Shown: positions 19,123 to 30,185 of the stretch, one piece after another
How the letters are laid out: the number at the start of each line of letters is the position of its first letter
Numbering within the stretch: position 1 is the stretch's first letter
Assembly (NCBI GenBank): GCA_041690295.1
Contig: JAWLHR010000007.1
Span: 32,001-96,000 of the forward strand
DNA length: 64,000 nucleotides
Direction: 5' to 3'
Source of the DNA: Bdellovibrionales bacterium
GTDB taxonomy: Bacteria; Bdellovibrionota; Bdellovibrionia; Bdellovibrionales; UBA1609
Notes under the pieces: model-generated
What the model was told of the DNA's origin: nothing
Seen by the model: the letters and a program-made list of their open reading frames with translations, nothing else
Database searches by the model: none
Made by a program: the position numbers and the translations under genes

Positions 19123-19147
19123 AGAGGGCGCAGGCCCTCTTTTTTTT
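19123..19147 (+). promoter_or_regulatory. rimP leader terminator hairpin
   Basis: AGAGGGC-GCAG-GCCCTCT followed by T7, directly upstream of rimP; typical GGGC/GCCC stem. Confidence 0.75.
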
Positions 19148-19165
19148 GGATTTTCGGGAGTTTGC

Positions 19166-19672
19166 GTGGTGTTATCACCGGCAAAAATGGAACAAATCCG
19201 TGCATTTGCGGAGGAGGTTGCGGTACGAGAAGGGTGCCGCCTCTATGATTTGGAGTTCCACGAAGGTCCAAACCGCACGTTGCGTATTTTTATCGATAAG
19301 CAACCGGGCGGAGTCACGCTGGAAGATTGCGTGAACGTTTCGCGGGGGTTGAACCTCCGCCTCGACGTGGAAGACGCCATACCTGGCGGGCGGTATGAAC
19401 TTGAAGTTTCGTCGCCGGGTTTGGAGCGAAAACTGACGCAGCTCTGGCATTTCAGTGGTGCGATCGGGCAGACGGTTCAGTTGCGCTATCGTGATGCCGC
19501 CGGAGACATCAAATCCTATGAAGGGCATTTGGATGAAGTCCGGGATAGTGAGTTGGTGTTTTCGAATTCGAAGGGGATTTTCACAGTGGATTATGGGCAA
19601 GTTGAACGCGCCCGTGTCCTCCTGAGCGATCCGTTTCCGAAACGGCCTGCGCCAGGTAAGAAGAAGAGGTAA
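19166..19672 (+). CDS. rimP: Ribosome maturation factor RimP
   Basis: LRIFID, LEDCVNVSR and YELEVSSPGLER motifs; upstream of nusA. Confidence 0.95.
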   Translation: MVLSPAKMEQIRAFAEEVAVREGCRLYDLEFHEGPNRTLRIFIDKQPGGVTLEDCVNVSRGLNLRLDVEDAIPGGRYELEVSSPGLERKLTQLWHFSGAIGQTVQLRYRDAAGDIKSYEGHLDEVRDSELVFSNSKGIFTVDYGQVERARVLLSDPFPKRPAPGKKKR

Positions 19673-19675
19673 GGT

Positions 19676-21082
19676 ATGGCAGATAATATGTTTTCTGATC
19701 TTGGACGACTGATTGAACAGTTGGGAAAAGATAAAGGTATTGACCGGCAGGTGGTGATTGACGCCATCGAGCAGGGGATGGTTTTGGCCGCTCGCAAGAA
19801 GTACGGCACGTACCGCGAAATCGAAGCCAAATACAACGAAGAACTCGGTGAAGTTGAACTGTACGAATTCAAAGAGGTCGTACGGGATGAAGATTTCATC
19901 GACGAAGAAGTCGAAATCAAATTGAGTGAAGCTCTGGAGTTAGATCCGGAAGCTCAATTGAACGACTCCATTGGACGTAAGCTCGATTCCGCGGATTTGG
20001 GACGTATCGCCGCGCAGACCGCCAAGCAAATCATCATGCAGAAGGTCCGCGAAGCGGAGCGCGACATTATCTTTGCGGAATTCGAACAACGAAAAGGTGA
20101 AATCGCCTCCGGAATCGCCCGCCGGGTTGAGCGCGGCGCGATCGTGGTCGACCTGGGTCGGACGGAAGCCTACATTCCGCCGCGGGAACAGATTCCGGGT
20201 GAAGTTTACAAGCCGGGTGACCGGATTCAGGGTTACATCGCTGATGTGCGCGCCACCACTCGTGGTCCGCAGATCATCATGTCCCGGGCCGATGAGCGTT
20301 ATTTGATCAAGTTGTTTGAAGTGGAAGTTCCGGAAATCTACGACGGTATCGTGGAAATCGTCGCGGCCGCGCGCGAGCCCGGTCAACGGGCGAAGATCGC
20401 GGTGCGGTCCAAAGATCCGGCGGTGGATCCGGTGGGCGCCTGTGTCGGTATGAAGGGCTCCCGCGTGCAAAACATCGTGCAAGAGCTCCGCGGTGAGAAG
20501 ATCGACATCGTCAATTGGGACGAGGATCCCGCGCGCTTCGTGTGCAATGCTCTCGCACCGGCGGAAATCTCGAAGGTATTCCTCGATGAAGGTAATCGCG
20601 AGATGGAAGTCATCGTTCCCGACAACCAGTTGAGTTTGGCGATCGGTAAGAAAGGTCAGAACGTGCGGTTGGCCGCGAAGCTGACTGGTTACAAGCTCGA
20701 CATCCTGTCTGAGAGCGCGATGGCGCAAAAGACCGCTCAAGCTCTTCTCAATCTGACGTTGTTGCCGGGCATGACCGAGACGATGGCGCAAAACATCTAC
20801 CAGTCGGGATTCTCGTCCGTTCAGATGTTGGCCGAGGCCGATGTGGACCAGATCACCAACATTCCCGGATATGAGGATGAAGCCAAGGCTCAGAAGTTGA
20901 TCGATGATGCGAAAGCGTTGATTGAAAAATACAAAGCCGAAGGAAAAGAGCTTCCGACGGTGTCCGCGAAAGGCGCGGAAGGAGCTGGTAAAGAAGTCCA
21001 AGCTTCGCAGGATGCAAAAAGCCAGGCCGAAAGCCGACTCCGCGAGGAGATGGCCCAGCTGGCCAAAAAGGAGAATGAGTGA
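19676..21082 (+). CDS. nusA: Transcription factor NusA
   Basis: GRIAAQTAKQ, S1 domain and KH domains (DPVGACVG, SLAIGKKGQNVRLA). Confidence 0.98.
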   Translation: MADNMFSDLGRLIEQLGKDKGIDRQVVIDAIEQGMVLAARKKYGTYREIEAKYNEELGEVELYEFKEVVRDEDFIDEEVEIKLSEALELDPEAQLNDSIGRKLDSADLGRIAAQTAKQIIMQKVREAERDIIFAEFEQRKGEIASGIARRVERGAIVVDLGRTEAYIPPREQIPGEVYKPGDRIQGYIADVRATTRGPQIIMSRADERYLIKLFEVEVPEIYDGIVEIVAAAREPGQRAKIAVRSKDPAVDPVGACVGMKGSRVQNIVQELRGEKIDIVNWDEDPARFVCNALAPAEISKVFLDEGNREMEVIVPDNQLSLAIGKKGQNVRLAAKLTGYKLDILSESAMAQKTAQALLNLTLLPGMTETMAQNIYQSGFSSVQMLAEADVDQITNIPGYEDEAKAQKLIDDAKALIEKYKAEGKELPTVSAKGAEGAGKEVQASQDAKSQAESRLREEMAQLAKKENE

Positions 21083-23715
21083 CGCAATTGAAGGTCTTTG
21101 AATTCGCCAAAGAAATCGGCGTCGAAACTTTGGCCCTGATGGATAAGATCCGGGAGTGGAAACTTCCGGTTCGCAGTCACATGGCGACTCTTGATGAGGC
21201 CATGATGAACGAGATCCGTTCGCGACTTCAACAAGCCGCGCAGGCAGAGGCGGAAGCGTCCAAGCCCAAAAAGAAAGGCGCGGTTCGCAAGAAAGCGGCG
21301 GAGAAATCCACTGAAACCATCGTGAAGCGGGAAGCCGGCGCGGCCGGTGAAGCGGCGGTCAAGAAAGTCGCGAAGAAAAAAACCACCCGCGCCGATGGCA
21401 AGACCGTGCGATCCACTGTGATTCGACGTAAAGCCGGTGAGGCGGAGGCCAAAGCGGAAGCCGCTGCCGCCGAGCAGGCCGCGGCCGCGCAGGAACAAGC
21501 CGCGGCTCAAGCGCAAGCCGAGGCGGCTCAAGAAGCCGCGTCGAGCGAAGCGACATCGACGACCGCAGCCGCTGAAACCACGGAAACGCCACGCGAAGAA
21601 ACTGTAAAGCGCCGTAATATCGTCGGGCGCATGGATTTACGCCGAGTGGCCGAAATTCGTGGTTCCCAAGGGGGACCCGCGGGCGCCGGCGCTCCGCGAG
21701 TGTCGAGAACCGCTCCTCGCAATATCCGCACTGGATTTTTCTCCGCCGACACGATGATCGTTCCGGAAGAACCGGCTCCGTTCGTCTCCCGTGAGAAGGA
21801 GGAAAAAAAGCGTCGCCCCAGCGGGCTGCGTGAAGAGGAACAACAGGTTTTCACGGCCACTGAATTCCGTAAGCGCGAGGTGATCTTTCAGCCCAAGAAA
21901 AAGAAAGTGATTTCGGGTCGAGAGGCCAAGAAAACACAAATCACCACGCCCGCCGCTCATAAGCGCGTCGTGAAAGTTCATGGGCACATCACCTTGGCCA
22001 ATCTCGCCATGGAAATGGGTATCAAGGCGCCGGTCCTCATGAAGAAACTCATGCAAGAGGGTGTGCAGGCGTCGATGAACACCGAACTCGACTACGAAAC
22101 GGTGGCGTTGATTGTTCCGGAGTTCGGTTGGGAAGCTCAAAACGTACAAAAGTCCGTCGATGAATTGGTCGCGGAGGCCGCGTTCGGTGATATGGACGCC
22201 GAAAAGGTCACACGACCGCCCGTGGTCACGGTCATGGGTCACGTCGACCACGGAAAAACCTCGCTTCTCGATGCCATTCGCAAATCGAGAGTGGCGGCGG
22301 GAGAGGCCGGTGGGATCACTCAGCACATTGGTGCGTATTCGGTGACCCTGGAGGATGGAAATAAGATCACGTTCATCGATACTCCCGGCCACGAAGCGTT
22401 CACCGCCATGCGGGCTCGCGGAGCGAACGTTACGGATATCGCCATTATCGTCGTGGCGGCGGATGACGGTATGATGCCGCAGACGGCGGAAGCCATTAAC
22501 CACGCCAAGGCGGCGAATGTGCCGATCATCGTGGCGGTGAACAAAATGGACAAACCCGGCGCCAATCCCGACCGAGTGAAGCAGCAACTGACCGAGCTTG
22601 AGCTGGTGCCCGAGGAATGGGGCGGTACGACCATTTATTGTCCGGTGTCCGCTTTGAAGGGGACTGGAATTAAAGAACTACTTGAACAAATTCTCGTGGT
22701 TGCTGAAGTTCAGGAATTAAAAGCCAATCCGAAGCGTTCGGGAACCGGTGTGGTCATCGAAAGCCGGATGGAAAAAGGCCGGGGAACGGTGGCCACCATC
22801 TTGGTGCAAGACGGAACCGTCAGCGTGGGTCAGGTCATTGTGGCCGGACAAGTGGTGGGCCGCATCCGCAATATGTCGGATGACCAGGGTCGCACCGTGA
22901 AGGAAGCGGGACCGGGTATGCCGGTGGAAATTCTCGGACTTCCCGAGCCGCCCATGGCCGGTGACCGTTTCGACATCGTCAAAGATGAGGAAATCGGCCA
23001 GAAGATCGCGGAACAGCGTCGGGCCGCCATGCAGAAAGAAGAAGTGCCTTCATCCAAAATGAGTCTGGAGCAGTTGTTCGCCCGCGTGAAAACCGGCGAC
23101 GTCAAAGAACTCTCCTTGGTCTTGAAGTCCGATGTGGCGGGAAGCTTGGAAGCCATCAAAGGCATGGTGGATAAGCTCGCGACCGAAGAAGTGAAGGTGA
23201 AGATCATTCACTCCGCGGTCGGCGGAATCACGGAAAGCGACGTGCTTTTGGCTTCGACGGCCAAAGGCGTGATCGTGGGCTTCAACGTGCGTCCTGACTC
23301 TGGCGCCACCCGTTTGGCGAAAGAAAAAGGCATTGAGATTAAGACCTATTCGATCATCTATGAGTTGATTGATGACTTGAAGAAAGCGCTCAGTGGCTTG
23401 CTGGCACCCAGTGTGGTGGAGAAAGCCATGGGTCGGGCCGAGGTCCGCAACACCTTTGTCGTTCCCAAGATGGGCACGATCGCGGGTTGCTTCGTGACCG
23501 AAGGCAAGATCGCGCGTAACCAATTGCTCCGGCTTGTGCGTGACGGAAAAATCATTTTCGAGGGCAAAGTCGGCAGTCTCAGACGGTTTAAAGATGACGT
23601 GCGCGAAGTCGCCGCCGGCTTCGAGTGCGGTATCGGAATCGAAAACTTTAACGACATCAAGGTGGGCGACGTCATTGAATCTTTCGTTAAAGAGGAAGTC
23701 AGTCGGGAGTTATAA
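21079..23715 (+). CDS. infB: Translation initiation factor IF-2
   Basis: [17 protein letters not shown] and the IF2 C-terminus. Confidence 0.98.
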   Translation: MTQLKVFEFAKEIGVETLALMDKIREWKLPVRSHMATLDEAMMNEIRSRLQQAAQAEAEASKPKKKGAVRKKAAEKSTETIVKREAGAAGEAAVKKVAKKKTTRADGKTVRSTVIRRKAGEAEAKAEAAAAEQAAAAQEQAAAQAQAEAAQEAASSEATSTTAAAETTETPREETVKRRNIVGRMDLRRVAEIRGSQGGPAGAGAPRVSRTAPRNIRTGFFSADTMIVPEEPAPFVSREKEEKKRRPSGLREEEQQVFTATEFRKREVIFQPKKKKVISGREAKKTQITTPAAHKRVVKVHGHITLANLAMEMGIKAPVLMKKLMQEGVQASMNTELDYETVALIVPEFGWEAQNVQKSVDELVAEAAFGDMDAEKVTRPPVVTVMGHVDHGKTSLLDAIRKSRVAAGEAGGITQHIGAYSVTLEDGNKITFIDTPGHEAFTAMRARGANVTDIAIIVVAADDGMMPQTAEAINHAKAANVPIIVAVNKMDKPGANPDRVKQQLTELELVPEEWGGTTIYCPVSALKGTGIKELLEQILVVAEVQELKANPKRSGTGVVIESRMEKGRGTVATILVQDGTVSVGQVIVAGQVVGRIRNMSDDQGRTVKEAGPGMPVEILGLPEPPMAGDRFDIVKDEEIGQKIAEQRRAAMQKEEVPSSKMSLEQLFARVKTGDVKELSLVLKSDVAGSLEAIKGMVDKLATEEVKVKIIHSAVGGITESDVLLASTAKGVIVGFNVRPDSGATRLAKEKGIEIKTYSIIYELIDDLKKALSGLLAPSVVEKAMGRAEVRNTFVVPKMGTIAGCFVTEGKIARNQLLRLVRDGKIIFEGKVGSLRRFKDDVREVAAGFECGIGIENFNDIKVGDVIESFVKEEVSREL

Positions 23716-23718
23716 AAT

Positions 23719-24084
23719 TTGACGACGAGCCCAAGTCCGCGCGTGAAAAGGATCGAGAGTGAAATCCTTCAGATCCTTTCACGTCACTTATTGCATGGTA
23801 TGAAACAGCCCCTTCCGTGTTACGCTTCGATCACCGCGGTCGAAGTGAAACCGGATTTGCGTTCAGCGCGCGTGTTTTTCCGTCTGGTGGGAAGCGTGAA
23901 CCCGGTGAACGAGGCCAAGGAAATTCTGGCGTCGGAACGCTCCTTGTTCCAAAAGGAACTCGCGCGTGAATTAAAAACCAAATTTTGTCCGGTTTTGAAA
24001 TTCGAGTTCGGCGTCGCGCCCCAGCTCGATGAAATCGACAAACTTTTGGAAAACCTGCGCCGCCCGATAGGACGTGAAGAGTGA
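23719..24084 (+). CDS. rbfA: Ribosome-binding factor A
   Basis: ITAVEVKPDLRSARVF and PVLKF motifs; between infB and truB. Confidence 0.9.
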   Translation: MTTSPSPRVKRIESEILQILSRHLLHGMKQPLPCYASITAVEVKPDLRSARVFFRLVGSVNPVNEAKEILASERSLFQKELARELKTKFCPVLKFEFGVAPQLDEIDKLLENLRRPIGREE

Positions 24085-24995
24085 AAGTGGAACGTCATGG
24101 ACTCTTATTGGTTGATAAACCGGCTGATATCACCAGCCACGATGTCGTCGCCCGAGCGCGCAAAATTTTAAATCAGCGCCGGATCGGCCACACCGGAACG
24201 CTGGACCCCATCGCCACGGGATTAATGGTTCTGGTGCTGGGCGAGGCGACAAAACTTTCTGATTATTTAACCGCTGAAGATAAAACCTATCGCGTGCGCA
24301 TTCGCCTCGGTGTGCGGACCGATACCTTGGATCGCACGGGCCAAGTGATTGAAACCCGGCCCGTCGAGGTGAACGAGGCGCGAATTCGCGAAGAAGCCTT
24401 AAAGCTCCAAGGCCGGTTTGAGTGGCCTGTGCCCAAGTTTTCAGCGGTGAAGGTTGGCGGGCAGGCGCTTTACAAGATGGCTCGCCAGCAAACCGACCAA
24501 GCGGAAATGACCACGCCGGTCAAAGAGATGCGGTTTTGGGACCTGAAGATTCTTGAAGTGGGGCCAGATACCCTGGATCTGGAAATCACCTGCTCCAAGG
24601 GCAGCTATGTTCGCACTTGGGCGGATCAGTTGGGTCAACGCCTCGGATGCGGGGCCATGGTTGAGGAATTACGTCGAACCCGAGTGGGGGGCTTTTCGGT
24701 GGCCGATTCCGCGGCGCTCTCCGAGGACATGAACTTGGATAGGGCCTTTATTAAAATGGCGGATGCCCTCCCGTCCTATCGAGCCCTGATCGCCGATGAC
24801 AGGGAAGCGGCATTAATGGCCAACGGGCAAGTGCCCAAAGAAATGATGGGTCGCTTGATTCCTGAGCAAAAGCAGGCCTTTGAAAGCAATGATCCGGTCT
24901 ACGTGAAGGTGGTTTCCAAACGGGGGGATTTGCTCGCTTTGCTCGCCGCCGAACCTGGACAAGGTCTTAAAATCCGAAGGGTTTTTAGGGTTTAG
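24081..24995 (+). CDS. truB: tRNA pseudouridine(55) synthase
   Basis: [11 protein letters not shown] and CSKGSYVR motifs. Confidence 0.96.
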   Translation: MKVERHGLLLVDKPADITSHDVVARARKILNQRRIGHTGTLDPIATGLMVLVLGEATKLSDYLTAEDKTYRVRIRLGVRTDTLDRTGQVIETRPVEVNEARIREEALKLQGRFEWPVPKFSAVKVGGQALYKMARQQTDQAEMTTPVKEMRFWDLKILEVGPDTLDLEITCSKGSYVRTWADQLGQRLGCGAMVEELRRTRVGGFSVADSAALSEDMNLDRAFIKMADALPSYRALIADDREAALMANGQVPKEMMGRLIPEQKQAFESNDPVYVKVVSKRGDLLALLAAEPGQGLKIRRVFRV

Positions 24996-25045
24996 ACAAG
25001 GCTTTCCTTGACCTTTTAGCCCCGGTCCTACTAAATCAAATTCAA

Positions 25046-25147
25046 TCGTTAGCAAGGCCCCGCAATCGGCGGGTTTGCTCATTTACGACTCAAAGGTGCG
25101 ACCGCCAAACGCCCCGAGGGTCTCACAATTTTTTGGAGGAATCTCCC
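25046..25147 (+). promoter_or_regulatory. Structured rpsO leader (candidate S15 autoregulatory RNA)
   Basis: Hairpin AGCAAG..CCCGC/GCGGG..TTTGCT upstream of a GGAGG RBS. Confidence 0.45.
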
Positions 25148-25417
25148 ATGGCACTAATGAAAGAACAAAAAGAGGAAATCGTTAAGAAGTTCCAACGAAG
25201 TGAGTTAGACACCGGTTCCTGCGAAGTGCAGGTGGCATTGTTGACCAGCCGAATTGAAAATCTGTCCCAGCATTTTCAAGATCATAAAAAGGACGTCCAT
25301 TCCCAGCGTGGTCTGGTGAAGTTGGTGAATCAACGCCGGAAGCTTTTGGCCTATTTAAAGCGCACAGATAACGCGCGTTACGTTAAGCTGATTAACGACC
25401 TTGGTTTACGCAAATAA
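25148..25417 (+). CDS. rpsO: 30S ribosomal protein S15
   Basis: [17 protein letters not shown] and RRKLLAYL motifs. Confidence 0.98.
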   Translation: MALMKEQKEEIVKKFQRSELDTGSCEVQVALLTSRIENLSQHFQDHKKDVHSQRGLVKLVNQRRKLLAYLKRTDNARYVKLINDLGLRK

Positions 25418-25437
25418 AAAACAAAGAAAGATAATCA

Positions 25438-27552
25438 ATGAACAAAATTACGGTATCTGGCCGCTTTCTCGATAGTACAGTGACAATTGAAACCGGCCGC
25501 CTGGCCAAACAGGCCGATGGTTCGGTGGTGGTGAGCTCCGGAAACAACATGGTTTTAGTGACCGTGGTTTCCAGCAAAGAAGAGTCCCAAGCCGATTTTT
25601 TTCCGCTCACGGTTGAATATCAGGAAAAATTCTATGCCACCGGTAAAATCCCCGGGGGTTATTTCAAGCGTGAAGGGCGGCCGACCACCAACGCCACACT
25701 GACCGCGCGATTGATTGACCGGCCGATCCGCCCGACCTTCCCGGAAGGGTATCGTCACGAAACCCAAATCATCGCCACCACTCTGAGTTTTGACGGCACA
25801 TTCCCGATTGAAGTTTTGGCGAGCTTGGGAGCGTCGGCGGCACTTCATATCAGTGACATTCCGTTCAATGGTCCCACGGCCGCCGTGCAAGTGGCGCGCA
25901 TCAACGGTCAATTCGTGGCCAATCCGTCGTCCGTCGATCTGGAAAAGTCGGACATGAATATCATCGTGGCCGGCACCAAGAACGGAATTTTGATGGTCGA
26001 GGGTGAGACCAAGTTCATCAGCGAAGCGGATGTATTGGCGGCTTTGAAGTTCGCCCATCAGGCGATCCAACCGGTGTTGGCCATGCAGGATGAGCTGCGG
26101 GTGAAAACCGGATCCAAGCCGAAACGTTCGTTCACGGTGACCGCGGTTGACGCTGACTTCGATCAGCCGGTGCGAGCTTTCCTCACGCCCCTCATCACCG
26201 AGGCGCTGCAAACGCGTGATAAACTCAAGCGTTACGAGGCCTATGATAAAGCCAAAGCCGAAGCGAAGCAGAAATTCGTGGAAGCCATCGCGGACGAAAA
26301 ATTAAAAGCTCAACGCGAGAAAGAATTGGGCCTGATCGTGGAAGATCTGAAGTACCGGATCAGCCGTGATCTCGTGCTCAAAACCGGAACCCGAATCGAC
26401 GGCCGCTCGACGACCGATATCCGTAACATTTGGTGTGAAGTCGGTTTGCTTCCGAGAGCTCACGGTTCAGGTTTGTTCACCCGTGGTGAAACCCAGGTCT
26501 TGGGAACCGTCACCTTGGGAACCGGCGATGACGAACAGATGATTGATGACCTGGCCGGTTTGACCCGCAAGAAGTTCATGCTTCATTACAACTTCCCGCC
26601 GTTTTCCGTTGGCGAGACGGGACGTGTGGGTTCGCAGAGCCGTCGCGAAGTCGGTCACGGCTTTTTGGCGGAACGGGCTTTGAAAGCGGTTTTACCGGAG
26701 TTCGAAAAATTCCCTTACACGGTTCGTATCGTTTCTGAAGTGCTCGAGTCGAATGGCTCCAGCAGTATGGGAACGGTTTGTTCGGGCACATTGGCGCTGC
26801 TTGATGCCGGTGTTCCGATCAAAGGAAACGTGGCCGGTATCGCCATGGGCTTAATCAAAGAAGGCGATCAGGTGGCGATCTTATCGGACATTCTCGGTGA
26901 TGAAGATCACCTGGGAGACATGGACTTCAAAGTCGCGGGCACCCGTAAAGGCGTGACCTCCTTGCAGATGGACATCAAGATCGACAGCATCACCTTCGAC
27001 ATTATGGAACAGGCCTTGAAGCAGGCGCACGAGGGACGAAACCACATTCTTAATGAAATGGAGAAAGTGATTTCGCAACCGCGTGGCGAGATTTCGCCGT
27101 ATGCGCCTCGTATCGAAACCATCAAGATCAAGCCGGATAAAGTGCGCGAAGTGATCGGCGCCGGCGGTAAGGTGATCAAAGGCATTATTGAAGAAACTGG
27201 AGTTAAAATCGACATCGAGGACGACGGAACCATTCACATCGCCTCGACGGATCCGAAAGCGGCTCAGCGGGCGATTGAAATCATCAATTCCATCTGCGCC
27301 GAGGCTGAAGTGGGCAAAGTCTATAAAGGAAAAGTCGTCAAAATCATGGATTTCGGCGCGTTCGTTGAGATTTTACCCAATAACAGCGGTCTTTTACACA
27401 TCTCGGAAATCGCCCATGAGCGCATCCGCAACGTCACGGACGTGCTTCACGAGGGTGATTCCATAGATGTGAAAGTATTGGATATCGATCGCTCCGGACG
27501 GATTAAACTTTCGCGTAAGGCGCTGCTTGAGCGGCCCTCGCAAAATAATTGA
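25438..27552 (+). CDS. pnp: Polyribonucleotide nucleotidyltransferase
   Basis: DFFPL, RREVGHG, GDMDFKVAG, KH and S1 domains. Confidence 0.98.
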   Translation: MNKITVSGRFLDSTVTIETGRLAKQADGSVVVSSGNNMVLVTVVSSKEESQADFFPLTVEYQEKFYATGKIPGGYFKREGRPTTNATLTARLIDRPIRPTFPEGYRHETQIIATTLSFDGTFPIEVLASLGASAALHISDIPFNGPTAAVQVARINGQFVANPSSVDLEKSDMNIIVAGTKNGILMVEGETKFISEADVLAALKFAHQAIQPVLAMQDELRVKTGSKPKRSFTVTAVDADFDQPVRAFLTPLITEALQTRDKLKRYEAYDKAKAEAKQKFVEAIADEKLKAQREKELGLIVEDLKYRISRDLVLKTGTRIDGRSTTDIRNIWCEVGLLPRAHGSGLFTRGETQVLGTVTLGTGDDEQMIDDLAGLTRKKFMLHYNFPPFSVGETGRVGSQSRREVGHGFLAERALKAVLPEFEKFPYTVRIVSEVLESNGSSSMGTVCSGTLALLDAGVPIKGNVAGIAMGLIKEGDQVAILSDILGDEDHLGDMDFKVAGTRKGVTSLQMDIKIDSITFDIMEQALKQAHEGRNHILNEMEKVISQPRGEISPYAPRIETIKIKPDKVREVIGAGGKVIKGIIEETGVKIDIEDDGTIHIASTDPKAAQRAIEIINSICAEAEVGKVYKGKVVKIMDFGAFVEILPNNSGLLHISEIAHERIRNVTDVLHEGDSIDVKVLDIDRSGRIKLSRKALLERPSQNN

Positions 27553-27555
27553 TTC

Positions 27556-28839
27556 GTGAAGGCCTACAACTATAAGCCGATTTTTCAGAAGACAGTTCTT
27601 GATAACGGCGTGCGGGTCGTAACGGAAAACCATCCGTTCACGCGCGCTGCTTCGGTGGGTGTGTTCGTCGAAATCGGAACCCGCGACGAACCGGTTAAAA
27701 AGGCCGGGTTGACTCATTTTCTTGAGCATCTGGTTTTTAAAGGCACCCGCAAGCGCACGGCTCTCGACATCGCCAAAGTTCTGGACGCGGTGGGTGGCGA
27801 TCTTAACGCCTACACCACGCGGGAATACACGTGTTTTCACGCCACTTCATTGAAGGAACATTTGGATTTGAGTTTGGATGTGGTTTCCGACTTGGTGACC
27901 TCGGCCACTTTGGCGCGTGATGATTTCGGCAAAGAACGCGAAGTCATCGCCCAAGAAATTCAAATGTCCCGGGATAACTTGGAAGAATACATCCTGGATT
28001 TTTACTTGGAGCAGGTTTACGCCGGCCACGCCCTGGGAACTCCGATTTTGGGAACGGATGATACGCTCAAAGCCATGCGCCGCATGGATGTGGTTCGGCA
28101 TTACCGCTCTTCATTCCGAGGGCCCCGCATTATCGTCAGTGTGGCGGGTCCCGTGGAACACGATCAAGTGGTGAAGCTGGTTTCAAAAACGTTGGGGCGA
28201 CTTCCCCGGCGAACCAAGGCTTTAAGAAGAAAACCGCCACGGATCCGTAAATTCGAAGAGTTTTTGCCGCGCAATAGTGAACAGGTGCACATGATGGTGG
28301 GATTTCCATCCTGTTCCTATCGTTCACCCGCGCGATTTGATGCCATGGTGGTGAACGAAATCATCGGTGGCGGAGTGACGTCGCGCCTTTATCAAAAGAT
28401 TAGGGAAAATAAAGGACTCGTTTACAGCGTTTACAGTTTCTTACAATCCTTTGTCGATTCCGGTTTGTTCCTGATGTACGCCGGCTCCAGTGTGGAGAAT
28501 GCGCTGCCGGTGATGAAGGCGTTTCGCCGGGAAATCGAAAAGTTCATCGAGAACGGTATACGTGACCGTGAACTGGAAATGTTTAAGACCCAATTAAAAG
28601 GCCAGATTCTCCTCGGCGCCGAGGATATGGAGAACCGGATGAATTCCCTGGGAATCAACGAAATGGTTTTCGGTGAATACCGACCGGTGGACGAGGTGAT
28701 TCGGGACATTGAAAAGGTGAATCGAAAATCCGTGGCTGATTATGTGCGCAAATACTTTGATATGGATTCAGTCTCGCTTATGGTTATGGGAGATCTTCAG
28801 CCGGCGGACGCGCTGAAGCTATTCCAAGTCTGGGAGTAA
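27556..28839 (+). CDS. M16 (pitrilysin-family) peptidase
   Basis: HFLEH (HxxEH), NAYT and SRLYQKIRE; usual position after pnp. Confidence 0.93.
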   Translation: MKAYNYKPIFQKTVLDNGVRVVTENHPFTRAASVGVFVEIGTRDEPVKKAGLTHFLEHLVFKGTRKRTALDIAKVLDAVGGDLNAYTTREYTCFHATSLKEHLDLSLDVVSDLVTSATLARDDFGKEREVIAQEIQMSRDNLEEYILDFYLEQVYAGHALGTPILGTDDTLKAMRRMDVVRHYRSSFRGPRIIVSVAGPVEHDQVVKLVSKTLGRLPRRTKALRRKPPRIRKFEEFLPRNSEQVHMMVGFPSCSYRSPARFDAMVVNEIIGGGVTSRLYQKIRENKGLVYSVYSFLQSFVDSGLFLMYAGSSVENALPVMKAFRREIEKFIENGIRDRELEMFKTQLKGQILLGAEDMENRMNSLGINEMVFGEYRPVDEVIRDIEKVNRKSVADYVRKYFDMDSVSLMVMGDLQPADALKLFQVWE

Positions 28840-28842
28840 GAG

Positions 28843-29454
28843 ATGGAACTCAGTCAGTTCAAGAAATCCGTTCAGGAAATTAGTCGCATGGTGGGCGCTT
28901 TGGTCGAGGAAAAACTCGGTGAACGCTCCCAACTTGAAGAGCAAGTCCGTTCCATGGCCCGTCAGGTGGAAAAAGTGGTGACCGAAGCGCTTTGGAGCCG
29001 CGGATCGGAAAAGGTCAAAATCAAATTTAAAAAGCTGGAGAACTTCAAAGGTGAACTTCCGTCCTACGCGACGGCGCTCGCCTCGGGAATGGACGTGCGG
29101 GCCTGCCTCAGTGAGCCTGTCACTTTGAAACCGGGTGAGCGGACACTGATTCCCACCGGATTGTCGGTTGAAATTCCCCGCGGATACGAGATTCAGGTTC
29201 GCCCCCGCAGCGGATTGGCCATCAAAAAGGGCCTTTCCCTGGTGAACACGCCGGGAACCATCGATGCGGATTATCGCGGCGAAATCAAAGTGATTGTGAT
29301 CAACCTCGGACAAGAGCCCATCGTCATCGAGGATCAGGAACGAATCGCCCAATTGGTGGTGGCACCGGTGGTTTTGGCCGAGATCGAAGAAGTCGACGGT
29401 TTGGATGAGACCGAACGCGGTGAGGGCGGTTTCGGCAGCACGGGACAAAATTAA
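28843..29454 (+). CDS. dut: dUTP diphosphatase with N-terminal helical extension
   Basis: [24 protein letters not shown] and [10 protein letters not shown] (motifs I-V). Confidence 0.95.
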   Translation: MELSQFKKSVQEISRMVGALVEEKLGERSQLEEQVRSMARQVEKVVTEALWSRGSEKVKIKFKKLENFKGELPSYATALASGMDVRACLSEPVTLKPGERTLIPTGLSVEIPRGYEIQVRPRSGLAIKKGLSLVNTPGTIDADYRGEIKVIVINLGQEPIVIEDQERIAQLVVAPVVLAEIEEVDGLDETERGEGGFGSTGQN

Positions 29455-30092
29455 TCTTCGCCGCCTGACTCGAACTTCAGTTCTTTTTCCAGGATATCCA
29501 GGGACTCCGGGGTGGCTTTCATGCGCATGGAGTCTTTGCGCACATTCACGCGTGCGATCTGCCAAACCGACGAGATAAAGAACACGGCGAACACGGCCCA
29601 GAAAATTCGTTTTAACCGTATCCGGTTCACGCCGAAGTTGCTGACGAAGCCCACGTAGAGAAGAAGCAATGAGGCCGCCAGACCCACCAGATTCACCAAT
29701 GGAACGAACTTCGCCACGATCCCCGCGAGCTGGGAGGGAATGGCGGCGAAAACCAAGTGGGTGTAAATCGGTTTGATTCCAATCTCGAGATTAAAGAAGA
29801 ACTTGAACAAGTAATAGAAAATACCGCTGACAACTCCAGTGACGATCAATGCCGCCAGCGGCGACAGAACGATGTCGATGACAAAACCCATCGCGTCCCG
29901 CTCGACGATGTTCGTCAGCATCCCGCTGGCCAAGGCCAGGGCCGCTTGCAAGAGAAGCAACGTGATCCATTCCCAATCGGGAAGCTCCCGCATGCCTTGG
30001 ACAGGATTGCGAAAGAAATTGGGGAGCGCGAGGAGCGCTTTGCGCAGTTCAGATTTGATGCCCGGCCAGGTGTACGTATTAAAAGGTTGCAT
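29451..30092 (-). CDS. Yip1-domain membrane protein
   Basis: FFRNPVQGM followed by about 5 TM segments. Confidence 0.65.
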   Translation of the reverse strand: MQPFNTYTWPGIKSELRKALLALPNFFRNPVQGMRELPDWEWITLLLLQAALALASGMLTNIVERDAMGFVIDIVLSPLAALIVTGVVSGIFYYLFKFFFNLEIGIKPIYTHLVFAAIPSQLAGIVAKFVPLVNLVGLAASLLLLYVGFVSNFGVNRIRLKRIFWAVFAVFFISSVWQIARVNVRKDSMRMKATPESLDILEKELKFESGGED

Positions 30093-30185
30093 TCATTCTT
30101 AGTGTCGCATTAAACGCCCTGCGGTCAATTGAATCAGAGATCATTGATGAACGATACGACACGTCGAGCCCAGTTCGACATGGCA

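Noticed and set aside
21400..21600. Ala/Glu/Gln-rich repeats in infB (and Pro-rich tract in gspJ)
   Set aside because: Ordinary low-complexity linkers, not DNA repeat arrays.
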